Program-made: the position numbers and the translations under genes | Notes under the pieces: generated by a model | The model's input: only the letters and a program-made list of their open reading frames with translations | Databases searched by the model: none | Told to the model about the DNA's origin: nothing | From: Alphaproteobacteria bacterium | Lineage (GTDB): Bacteria > Pseudomonadota > Alphaproteobacteria > UBA828 | Length of the DNA: 64,000 bases | Reading direction: 5' to 3' | Assembly (NCBI GenBank): GCA_965237415.1 | Contig: CBDEFM010000001.1 | Location: 192,001-256,000 of the forward strand | In this document: positions 53,765-62,793 of the stretch, one piece after another | How positions within the stretch are numbered: position 1 is the first letter of the stretch | Layout of the letters: every line of letters begins with the position of its first letter

Positions 53765-54535
53765 ATGATGAACTTCAGTGGAAAAGTCGCGTTGATCACG
53801 GGATCCACTACTGGCATCGGTGAGGCCTGCGCCAATGCTTTCGCTGAGGCAAGGGCGTCGGTAATGGTCACCGGCCGCAACGAAGAGCGCGGCTCATCCG
53901 TTGTCGCGGCGCTAAAAGCGCAGGGAGCCGATGCCGATTTTTTGGCGTGCGATGTGCGCGCCGAAGGGGTCGGGGACAGGCTCGTCTCGGCGACTGTCGA
54001 GCGCTTTGGTGCTCTCGACGTATTGGTGAACAATGCGGGAGTTCTCAGCGCCGGCGACGTCGTAGAAACAACCGAGGAGCAATGGCGCGAGATCGTCGAT
54101 GTCAACATAACCTCGCTCTTTGTGATTAGTAAGTCGGCGGTTGTGCAGATGCGTAAGCAGGGAGGCGGCTGCATTATCAATCTTGCTTCGGAATGGGGCC
54201 TCAATGGCGAGGCCGGCTACCTCGCCTATTGCACGAGCAAGGGTGCCGTGGTGCAGATGACTCGGTGTATGAGCCTCGATCACGCGCAAGAGAATATACG
54301 GGTCAACTCGGTCTGTCCCGGCGAGGTACATACCCAGATGGTCGACGAGATGTTGAAGGAGGCCGGCAGCACGCCGGAGGAGCTGGCGTCGGGCGTGCCC
54401 ATGCGTCGCCTGGCGAAGCCCAGCGAGGTGGCGAATTGCGTGTTGTTTCTAGCCAGCGATCTTTCCAGTTACGTCACCGGAACGAACTTCTCAGTCGATG
54501 GCGGAAACGACGCCACCGGAGGGGGCTATCCCTGA
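53765..54535 (+). CDS. SDR family oxidoreductase
   Basis: TGSTTGIG, NNAG, YCTSK, VDGG; start could be the GTG at 53753. Confidence 0.9.
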   Translation: MMNFSGKVALITGSTTGIGEACANAFAEARASVMVTGRNEERGSSVVAALKAQGADADFLACDVRAEGVGDRLVSATVERFGALDVLVNNAGVLSAGDVVETTEEQWREIVDVNITSLFVISKSAVVQMRKQGGGCIINLASEWGLNGEAGYLAYCTSKGAVVQMTRCMSLDHAQENIRVNSVCPGEVHTQMVDEMLKEAGSTPEELASGVPMRRLAKPSEVANCVLFLASDLSSYVTGTNFSVDGGNDATGGGYP

Positions 54536-54689
54536 CGCTCGTGCCCGCCCAAGGTGACTGCGAGCCCTAAGCGGCGACCCGCATTCCGCTGGTTAGAGGA
54601 CGATTGCTTCATCGGCGTCGCACCCGCGCGGCTCCTCGATGAGCAGGGGTGGCAGGCAGCAGGAGCGCGGCCGCGAGACGGCACGCTCC

Positions 54690-55063
54690 TCAGCCCTTCA
54701 CTGCGCCGAAGGTGAGGCCGCGAACCAGGTAGCGTTTCACAAAGAAAATCAGGACAAGCACCGGCACGCTCTGGAAGATGCAGGCGGCCGCGACCTGCGG
54801 CCACAGACCCTTGGGGTGCCCCACCAGAGACGGGATCATCGCCGTGAACGTGCGGTCCTCGCCTCCCGTGAGGACCAACGCGAACAAAAGCTCGTTCCAG
54901 GAGAATATCAGGACGAAAATGATAACCGCCACCAGTCCCGTGTATGTCATCGGCAACGCGATTTGAAAGAACACGCGAAACGGACCCGCACCGTCGAGAA
55001 AGGCTGCCTCCTCCACCTCCCGAGGGACGTCGTCGAAGAATGATTTCATCATCCAGACCAATA
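54690..55063 (-). pseudogene. 5'-truncated carbohydrate ABC permease
   Basis: WMMKSFFDDVPREVEEAAFLDG...FSWNEL...GLTFGAVKG; homology stops at the IS21 end at 55064. Confidence 0.88.
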
Positions 55064-55200
55064 TGTCAACGGCGGCGAGATTATGTACCGGCGCGGCGGC
55101 GCAAAGTTGTGCCACGGGCTGGGTGGCAGCTTGTCCCTGTAGATCCTATGAGGCGACTCGGCGAGCGGCGCTACGGTGCCGCCGGCCAGGAATCCTCAAC

Positions 55201-56394
55201 ATGAGACACGAGATGCCCCCAAGTAGCGACATCGTCGCGTCGGTCGGCGCGGAGCACAACACGCTGTACGTCGCGATCGAGATAAGCCGGAAGAGTTGGG
55301 TGGTTGGGATCAAGAGCCCGGCGAGTGAGCGGATCGGCCTGCACTCGCTTGCGGCAGCGGACGTCGTAGGTCTTCTGATCGAGCATCAGCAGACCAGGGC
55401 CGAACGCGCGCTCGGCCGTGAAGTGCGTGTTCTGTGCTGTTACGAAGCGGGCTATGAGGGGTTCTGGCTGGCGCGCTGGCTGGACCGAACGATGTCTGTC
55501 GAGACGGTCGTGCTCGATCCTGCGAGCCTTTTGGTGAACCGAAAGGCGAAGCAGCGCAAGACGGATCGGATCGACGCCAGGAAGATGGTGCGCGCGCTGC
55601 TGGCGCACGACCGGGGCGACGCGGCGGTGCTCAGCCGGGTGCGGATACCGAGCGTTGAGGAGGAAGACCGCAAGCGATTGCTCCGGGAGCGCCGGCGCCT
55701 GGTGAAGGAGCGGACATCGCTGACCAACGCGGTCAAAGGGCTCCTGAAGCTGCCCGGCATCTTCGACCTGCAGCCCCGCGCCAAGGGCTTCGAGGCCCGG
55801 TTCGCCGAAGTGAGGACCGCATACGGATCGACGTTCCCGCCGTGGGCCCGGCAGGAGATCCTGCGCCTTGCGGAGCGGTTGTCCCTCGTGGAGCGCCAGA
55901 TCGCGCAGGTCGAGGCCGAGCGCGACGCGATCGTCCGCCAGGGCGAGGCTCTCGCGGTGCCGGTGGCGCCCGAGGGAAGCGATGCGCAGGCGGCGGCGAG
56001 AATGGCGACGCTGACCCGGTTGAAGGGGATCGGCGAGAACGACGCGACCCTGCTGACGCACGAGATCTTCTATCGCGGGTTCCGCAACCGCCGGGAGCTC
56101 GCGAGCTGGGTTGGTATAACGCCAACCCCTTGGGCGAGCGGGGACACGCAACGCGACCAGGGGATCAGCCGTGACGGTCCAGCCTGGATCCGGGCTCAGC
56201 TCGTTCAAATGGCGTGGCGCTGGTTGCGCCATCAGCCAGACAGCGCGCTTAGCAAATGGTTCGAAGACCGAACCGCGGGAGGCCGGGGACGAATCCGTCG
56301 TGTGATGGTCGTAGCGCTCGCCCGCAAGCTGCTCATCGCTCTCTGGCGGTTCTGTGAGACCGGTCTCGTGCCGACAGGCGCCAGGCTCGCCTGA
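55201..56394 (+). CDS. IS110 family (DEDD/RuvC-like) recombinase
   Basis: VAIEIS, CYEAG, KTDRIDA, GITPTPWASG, ALARKL; start 55201 or 55213. Confidence 0.92.
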   Translation: MRHEMPPSSDIVASVGAEHNTLYVAIEISRKSWVVGIKSPASERIGLHSLAAADVVGLLIEHQQTRAERALGREVRVLCCYEAGYEGFWLARWLDRTMSVETVVLDPASLLVNRKAKQRKTDRIDARKMVRALLAHDRGDAAVLSRVRIPSVEEEDRKRLLRERRRLVKERTSLTNAVKGLLKLPGIFDLQPRAKGFEARFAEVRTAYGSTFPPWARQEILRLAERLSLVERQIAQVEAERDAIVRQGEALAVPVAPEGSDAQAAARMATLTRLKGIGENDATLLTHEIFYRGFRNRRELASWVGITPTPWASGDTQRDQGISRDGPAWIRAQLVQMAWRWLRHQPDSALSKWFEDRTAGGRGRIRRVMVVALARKLLIALWRFCETGLVPTGARLA

Positions 56395-56587
56395 TCCTGA
56401 GACCGCACTGTTCCAGTCCGGCCGGACGCGGCCGGCGCTGGGCCGGGTGGTGAGTGGCCGACCGTGGACAGGGCAGAAAGACGCCGCCCCGTAGAAGGGT
56501 CCCGCCTCCGGAACGCTGTGCCCGCAGCAAGCGGGATTGGGGGACGGATCCGGCGCATCGGCGCCGGAAACCGCCCGAATAAAAGTT

Positions 56588-57613
56588 GGCTCAATTCGCG
56601 AATCATATGCGCTACCTCGTCACGGCGGCGGCGAGGCAGGCGCGATCATTGGCGCCGGGGGCGAGGCCGACGAGGTGGAACCAGCTCAGATAGTTGTCCA
56701 GATAGCGGGTGGCGACCCCGCGGCGAGGTCGCAGGAAGTCCTTCCTCCGGCTGTGGCGGCTGTTCACCGTCTGCACATGCAGATCGCCCCGAACCCGTTC
56801 CCCAATCGACCGGTTGAGTGCTTCGTGGCTCACCCCGAGCGCGGCGGCGCACGGCGGGTAGCTCGCGCCGCCGTCGGAGACCAGCAGGGCGTCCCTGGCG
56901 AGCACCGGATCGAGGGCGGCCGTGAGGGCCGTCGCGTCAACCCTGGGCAGCACCGCGCTGAACGTCGTCCCGCTCCGGTCCGCTGCCATGAGAACCGGCA
57001 CCTGCTCGCGCGAGAGGCCACGCTTCTTCGCCTTGCCGCCCCGCCGCCGTGCCTTGCGCCCCAGCTTGCGCGCCCCCTTCCGGCTCTCCAGCACATAGGT
57101 CTCGTCCGCTTCCACGATCCCCTTGAGCACCCCCGAACGATGACGGGCCGCCGCCAGAAACCGATGACGCCAGCGGAACGCCGTGCTCACCGCCACATCG
57201 CAGCGCTCTGCCGACGCCTTCACCGTCTCCCCCTCCGCAAGCGAGGCCCCGAACGACAGCCAGCGCTCCTTGTGGTGCAAGCCCGACAGCGGGGTGCCGG
57301 TTAGCGCGTTGAAGGTCCTGCCGCAGCCTTTGCATTGGTAGCGCCGAAGACCACGTGCCTTGCCCCGTGAAACCGCCCCCTCCCGCGCGCAATGCGGACA
57401 GCGCCGGGCCTCGTCCACAGCGAGTTCGATCGCCGCCTTCGACGCCTCGCCCGTACTCCGGCCAGACAGAACCGCCCAGTGCCTCGCGCCGCTGTGCCCG
57501 CGTCAGCCCGCTCGCCGCCGAAAGCCAGCCCTGAAAATCCTGACTATCCATGACCAAACCTCCTGAGATTCGGGCCATTCTACCAACGATGCGTACGATT
57601 TGCGAATTGAGCC
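56588..57613 (-). mobile_element. IS1595-family element with an 8-bp TSD
   Basis: IRs GGCTCAATTCGCGAATCATATGC and GGCTCAATTCGCAAATCGTACGC; TSD TAAAAGTT at 56580-56587 and 57614-57621. Confidence 0.93.
56612..57551 (-). pseudogene. IS1595 transposase with a +1 frameshift near 57477
   Basis: MDSQDFQGWL...REAL, then frame change to AVLSGRSTGEASKAAIELAVDEARRCPHC; Zn ribbon, VEADETY, SDG, HVQTVNS. Confidence 0.85.
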
Positions 57614-57865
57614 TAAAAGTTGGGCATCCGCACGGTCGTGCGACCCATGCGAGAAGCGTTCCGACCCGGCAAGACGCGCCGCCGATCTGGCCAACCAAAG
57701 GAGACAAGACATGCTCGAGACATAGCGTGCATCGCACCTTGACTTCTGTTGCCTCATAAAAGTCCACGGGAGGGACCCGCGCGCGCGGGTCGACGCGCCC
57801 TGTGCGCGGCTGGCGGCGGCCCGCGCGTGGGTGGGGCCTATGGGCCCACGGGGACAAGCGGGGGG

Positions 57866-58300
57866 TTATTCGGACGGGCGCTGGCGTCGCGATCGGCTCT
57901 GCCTGAGCCGGTAGCTGTCTGCGTTCATCTCCAGGATATGGACATGGTGGGTGATGCGGTCGAGCAGCGCGCCGGTGAGGCGCTCGCTGGCGAAGACCGT
58001 TGTCCATTCCTGGAAGGGCAGGTTTGAGGTCACGATTGTGGCGCCGTTTTCGTAGCGCCGGCTGAAGACGTCGAACAGCAGTTCGCTTCCGGTCTGCGAG
58101 AGGGGCACGTAGCCGAGCTCGTCGACGATCAGGAGATTGACCCTGGCGAGCTGGTCCTGGAGGCGGAGGAGCCTCTTCTCGTCGCGCGCCTCGATCATCT
58201 CGTGGACCAGGTGAGAGGCGGTGGTGAAGCGCACGGAGAGGCCCTTCTGGCAGGCGGCAAGCCCGAGGGCGAGCGCGACATGCGTCTTGCCGACGCCTGA
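57866..58300 (-). pseudogene. istB: istB 3' fragment
   Basis: SGVGKTH, LLIVDELGY, TSNLPF, ALLDRITH. Confidence 0.92.
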
Positions 58301-58302
58301 CG

Positions 58303-58773
58303 GAACAGCCACACACTGCCCGATACCAGGGCGGTCCGACGAAGATCCACTACCCCTTCCACCCCCGCACGGGCCAGCGCGTGGAAGTGGTTCGGCGCCA
58401 CCGCTTCAAGGGGACCATGATCTACGTCGTCCGCCAGCCGGATGGCACGCTGGCGCAGATACCGACCTGGATGTGCTTTCCAGACGCGGCGGCGATGACG
58501 GTGACGGATCAGCCGCGGATCGCGCTGGACGCCCTGCGCGACCTCCGTTCGGACATCGACGCTGTTCTACCATCGCCCTCCCGCATGGATTTGGGAGGGC
58601 GACATGGGAAGACAGGGAGAGCTGTTGGAACTACTGGAGCCGGGTCCGGCACTCACGCCGGCGATGCGAGGGGCGGTAATCCCGATACTGGCGGCGCTGC
58701 TGCTCGAAGCGGCAGCGAACCCGACGGAGGACATGGCGGACGGGACGGCCACGGAGAAGGAGGCGGGCGATGA
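58303..58773 (+). CDS. Small accessory protein of the LSR element (Y4bD/Y4pK/DUF5372-like), open right up to the element end
   Basis: Frame reads EQPHTARYQGGPTKIHYPFHPRTGQRVEVVRRH...PDGTLAQIPTWM; first in-frame start in the integrated state is the GTG at 58381, downstream of the HYPFHP motif. Confidence 0.7.
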   Translation, partial: EQPHTARYQGGPTKIHYPFHPRTGQRVEVVRRHRFKGTMIYVVRQPDGTLAQIPTWMCFPDAAAMTVTDQPRIALDALRDLRSDIDAVLPSPSRMDLGGRHGKTGRAVGTTGAGSGTHAGDARGGNPDTGGAAARSGSEPDGGHGGRDGHGEGGGR

Positions 58774-58789
58774 ACAAGATCGCGCCTGA
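58604..58789 (+). CDS. Second small accessory ORF overlapping the recombinase start
   Basis: GGAGGG RBS; amphipathic ILAALLLEAA with an acidic tail, typical of ORFs preceding these recombinases. Confidence 0.6.
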   Translation: MGRQGELLELLEPGPALTPAMRGAVIPILAALLLEAAANPTEDMADGTATEKEAGDEQDRA

Positions 58790-60829
58790 CCATCTGGCGC
58801 GCGAGGCGGTCGTCTACATTCGGCAGTCGACGCCGGACCAGCTGCGGCACAACCACGAGAGCCGCCGTCGTCAGTACGGCCTTGCGGATCGGGCTCGCGG
58901 TCTGGGCTGGGACGAGCCCGTGATTATCGACGAGGATCTCGGCCGCTCTGGAGGCGGAACGTCGCGGCCGGGCTTCGATCGGCTGCTGCTGGCGATCTGC
59001 GAAGGGCGCGTCGGCATCGTGCTGTCGCTGGAGGCTTCGAGGCTCGCTCGAAACGGCCGCGACTGGCACACGCTGCTGGAGTTCTGCGCGCTTGTGGGCT
59101 GCCTGCTGGGCGACGAGGACGGCTTGTATGATCCTCGCCTGCCGAACGACCGTCTATTGCTGGGTATGAAGGGGACGCTGTCGGAGATGGAGCTCTCGAC
59201 GCTGCGCCAGCGCTCGCTCGAGGCGCTGCGCCTGAAGGCGTCCCGTGGCGAGCTATTCCTCAGCGTCGCGGTGGGCTACGTGAAGGTCCGATGCGACCGG
59301 ATCGCCAAGGATCCCGACCGGCGCGTGCGTGAGGCAATCGATCTCGTGTTCCGCAAGTTCGCGGAGTTCCGGAGCATCCGCCAGGTCCACCTCTGGCTGC
59401 GGCAGGAGGAAGTGCTGCTGCCGGCCGTCAGGATCGTTGGCAAGGAGCGCCATATTGTCTGGAAGCCGCCGGTCTACGGCACCGTCCACAAGCTGATGAC
59501 CAACCCCGTCTACGCCGGCGCGTACGCGTTTGGCCGGACGGAGAGCCGCGTGACCGTCGAGAACGGACGCAAGCGCGTCACGCGCGGCTTTCGCCGCGAT
59601 CGCGCGGACTGGGACGTGTTGATCCGCGATCACCACGAAGGCTACGTTTCCTGGGACGAGTACGAGAGGAACCAGCGTCTGATCGCCGACAACGCCAACT
59701 GCGGGGCTTGATGGCAAGGGGCGCCGTGCGCCGCGGCGATGCGCTGCTCGCGGGCCTGCTGCGCTGCGGACACTGCGGCCGGCGTGTGCACGTCCACTAC
59801 AGCGGCACCAAGGGGTACTGCGTCCGTTACGGCTGCCAAGGCGCGCATGTCAACCACGGCACCAGGCCGTGCATCGCCTTCGGCGGCTTGCGCGTGGATA
59901 CTGCGGTCGGCGATGCAGTGCTGCGACTGCTATCTCCGCTCGGCGTCGAAGCGGCGCTGGCCGCCATCGAGACCCGTGAGAGCGACAACGCCGAGATCCG
60001 ACGGCAGGCGGAGCTGGCGCTGACGCAGGCGCGCTACGAGGCCGATCTGGCACAGCGCCAATACGATGCCGTCGATCCAGCTAACCGCCTTGTCGCGGCC
60101 GAGCTGGAGCGACGGTGGAACGACCGGCTGGCGGATGTGCGCCGGCAGGAGGAGCGGCTCGCCGCCACTGCGGCCGCCCGTCCGGAGGCACCGTCATGCG
60201 CGGAGAAACAGCGCTTGATGGCGCTGGGCGATGATCTCTCGACGGCGTGGTCGCGCCCCGATGCCACCGCCGAGACGCGCAAGGCCATCCTGCGCGCGGT
60301 TCTGGAGGAGATCGTCGTCACGCTGGCCGATGGCTGCGTTGACCTTCTTCTCCACTGGCGTGGCGGCGACCACACGCGTCTGAGCGTGCCGCGCAACCGT
60401 AGGGGACAGCATCGCTGGGCGGCGAGCGCCGAGGTGGTCGACCTGGTTCGCGGACTGGCGAGGCAGCTGCCGGACGGCGCGATCGCGGCCACGCTCAACC
60501 GCCTCGGCAAGAAGACCGGGCGAGGCAACTCGTGGACGGAAGCGCGGGTGCGCACCTTCCGCAATAGCCGTGGCGTTGCCGTCTTCCGATCAGGCGAGAT
60601 GGCGGAGCGGGGCGAGCTGACGCTGACCGATGCCGCCGCACGGCTCGGCATCAGCAAGATGACGGTGCTGCGGTTGATTGCGGGCGGCACAATCGACGCC
60701 ACGCAGGTGTGCAAGGGAGGGCCATGGGCCATCCCGGAGGCGCTGATAGACGCCCTGTACGGCACTGACCTGCGCCAATCGCGCCCGCTAACAGCCGATC
60801 CGAACCAGGAACAGCTGGATTTTCAATAA
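58770..60829 (+). pseudogene. Large serine recombinase split by a 1-nt frameshift at about 59705
   Basis: YIRQS catalytic motif, DLGRSG, RPGF, SRLARN, recombinase domain; second frame carries the CGHC Zn ribbon, coiled coil and C-terminal HTH. Confidence 0.88.
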
Positions 60830-60861
60830 CGTAGCGAGGTGTGCATTATGCACTCGGACTC

Positions 60862-61193
60862 GAGGGCCCGAGCAGGATCGCGTTCTCGCGCCGCTCGATC
60901 CACTCGCAGCGCGCCAACTCCAGCACCTGCGCCTTGTTCAGCGCGGGGATGGCCTTGAAGTCGAAGCTCTCGAGCTGTTTGACGACGGGGAACCTGGCCT
61001 GCCTGATGCGCCGCTCGACCAGGCGGCGCTCGCGGTCGATCATCTCCAGCTCCACCAGCCGGGCCAGGAACCGCACATGATCCAGCCCCTCGGCCGTGCA
61101 CTGGCGCGCCAGTTTCTCGTACTCGCGCAGAAAGGTCGGCAGCTTCAATCTCTTCAGGTGATGCTCGAGCAGGATGCGGGGGGCCTCAGCCAT
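60862..61193 (-). pseudogene. istB: istB 5' fragment
   Basis: LKRLKLP, ARFP, FDF, ending at LLGPS. Confidence 0.92.
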
Positions 61194-62682
61194 GGCCGGC
61201 GGCCAGCAGGGTGGCGTAATCGGCGCTACGGGTGGCGGCGACGAAGGGCTGGGGGAGGTGCGGATAGCGTGTCAGGTCGAGACGGGCCGGCCGCTTCTCG
61301 ATGCGCGCCAGCAGCAGGTGCTTGACCGCATCGAAGCCGATCACGCGCCGCTTCACCGCGTCCTGCACCGCGGCCGTCACCTGGCGCTCCGGAAAGTCCT
61401 CCAGCAGGCGCAGCACCTGGATGTATTCGCGCTTGCCGCGCGGCCCGAAGCGGGCTTCGAGGAGGCGGCGCAGCGTGTCGAAGGCCGGATCGAGCTTCCA
61501 CCCCCGCAGCGGCGCCGCCTGGTCCAGGGCGCCCGGCTTCCTCTCCAGCAACGACAGATAGTGCAGCGGGTCGTAGACGACGTCGCCGCGGACATAGGAG
61601 CGCCTATGGCGGGCGACGATCTCGGCGCCGAGCGCGATCTCGACCCGGTCGACATAGCCCTTGACCGTCACCTTCTTGTGGGCGTGCACCGCCGGCGCCG
61701 AGTAGTCCACCAGCCGGTAGCGCACCAGGGCCGTCGACGAGACCTGGCCCGGCACATGCTCGCAGGCCTCGAAGGGGACGGCGGGCAGATCGCGCAGGGC
61801 GTCGAGATCGGCGAGCAACGCCGCCGCCTGGTCGCCTGCCTCCAGCGCGTCGAGCCGCTCCAGGCAGCGCGCCATCAGCCGCTCGTTCAGGACCGACAGG
61901 TCGTGCACCTTCGGGATCGGCACCATGAACCGGCGCCGTGCCGTCTTCACCAGGGCCTCCACCTTCCCCTTGTCGTTGCCTTTGCCGGGCCGGCCGAAGC
62001 GGTCGCGGAACAGGTAGTGCGACTGAAGATGTGAGAACGCCTGCGTCCTGCGGCGCGTGCCGTCCCCCAGGATCCGCGCCACCGCAAGGGTGGTGTTGTC
62101 GTAGAGGATCGAGCGCGGAACCCCGCCGAGGAAGGCGAAGGCGCTGACATGGCCGTCGAGGAAGGCCTCGGTCGTCTCCCTCGGATAGGCCTTGACGAAC
62201 CAGACATTGGAATGGGGCAGGATCAGGCAGAAGAAGGCGACCTTCTCCCGCTGCCCCCGCAGCTCCACCACCGCCTCGCCGAAGTCGACCTGGGCATGGC
62301 CCGGCGGGTGATGCAGTGGAACGAAGGCCTCGCGCGTCGATTGCCGCCGGGAACGCACATAGTCCTTCACGATGGTATAGCCGCCGGTGAACCCGTACTC
62401 GTCCCGCAGCCGCTCGAAGATCCGGTGCGCCGTGTGGCGCTGCTTGCGCGGCACATCCGGATCCGTGTCCGCCTCCAGGATCGCGTCGACGATGCCGGTG
62501 AACCCGTCCAGCTTGGGCCGCCTGACCGGCTTCGTCCGGCGGTAGCCCGGCGGCGCCGAGTAGCTCAGCATCTTCTTCACCGTGCGACGGTCGATGCCGA
62601 ACCGACGGCCCGCCTCGTGATGGCTCAAACCCTCGTCGACAACCGCCAGTCGAACCGCCGCATAGAGCTCCACGCCGTACAT
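61186..62682 (-). CDS. istA: IS21 transposase IstA
   Basis: HTH, AQVDFG, YDNT, KGKVE DDE motifs, KPGAL; ATG at 62682. Confidence 0.93.
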   Translation of the reverse strand: MYGVELYAAVRLAVVDEGLSHHEAGRRFGIDRRTVKKMLSYSAPPGYRRTKPVRRPKLDGFTGIVDAILEADTDPDVPRKQRHTAHRIFERLRDEYGFTGGYTIVKDYVRSRRQSTREAFVPLHHPPGHAQVDFGEAVVELRGQREKVAFFCLILPHSNVWFVKAYPRETTEAFLDGHVSAFAFLGGVPRSILYDNTTLAVARILGDGTRRRTQAFSHLQSHYLFRDRFGRPGKGNDKGKVEALVKTARRRFMVPIPKVHDLSVLNERLMARCLERLDALEAGDQAAALLADLDALRDLPAVPFEACEHVPGQVSSTALVRYRLVDYSAPAVHAHKKVTVKGYVDRVEIALGAEIVARHRRSYVRGDVVYDPLHYLSLLERKPGALDQAAPLRGWKLDPAFDTLRRLLEARFGPRGKREYIQVLRLLEDFPERQVTAAVQDAVKRRVIGFDAVKHLLLARIEKRPARLDLTRYPHLPQPFVAATRSADYATLLAAGHG

Positions 62683-62793
62683 CCCCCGCCCCTCGTCGCA
62701 ACCGACAAAGGACCATGGTTGGCGCATTTTTGCGCCGCCGCGACCGGACCGTCCGGTCGCTCCGCGTGGAGCATTATTCCTCCGCCGTTAACA

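Larger units (their letters stand above)
56442..57670 (+). ncRNA. Predicted bridge/seek RNA of the IS1111-type element, interrupted by IS1595
   Basis: Target guides CCGTGGAC (56462-56469) and CCCCGTAG (56487-56494); donor guides GGATC (56546-56550) and ATAAAAG (56579-56585); enclosing helices pair across the IS1595 insertion. Confidence 0.75.
55143..57760 (+). mobile_element. IS110-family, IS1111-type element (about 1.58 kb without the nested IS1595)
   Basis: AG core at 55141-55142 and 57761-57762; subterminal IRs TATGAGGCGAC (55147-55157) and GTTGCCTCATA (57748-57758); long non-coding region downstream of tnp. Confidence 0.88.
58301..60861 (+). mobile_element. Large-serine-recombinase IS-like element inserted in istB
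   Basis: Flanked by a duplicated GA (58299-58300 and 60862-60863); removing it restores istB GPSGVGKT and a 254-aa ORF. Confidence 0.9.
55064..62793 (-). mobile_element. IS21-family element (about 2.55 kb once the three nested insertions are removed)
   Basis: Terminal IRs TGTCAACGGCGG (55064) and TGTTAACGGCGG (reverse complement ending at 62793), with internal GCGGCGGCGCAAA repeats; contains istA and a split istB. Confidence 0.9.

Noticed and set aside
57470-57485. Programmed frameshift in the IS1595 transposase
   Set aside because: No slippery heptamer, and IS1595 transposases are normally a single ORF; a single extra G (mutation or sequencing error) explains it
55064-62793. Tn7-like or CRISPR-associated transposon
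   Set aside because: The DDE transposase and AAA ATPase are ordinary IstA/IstB; no TniQ, Cas or array
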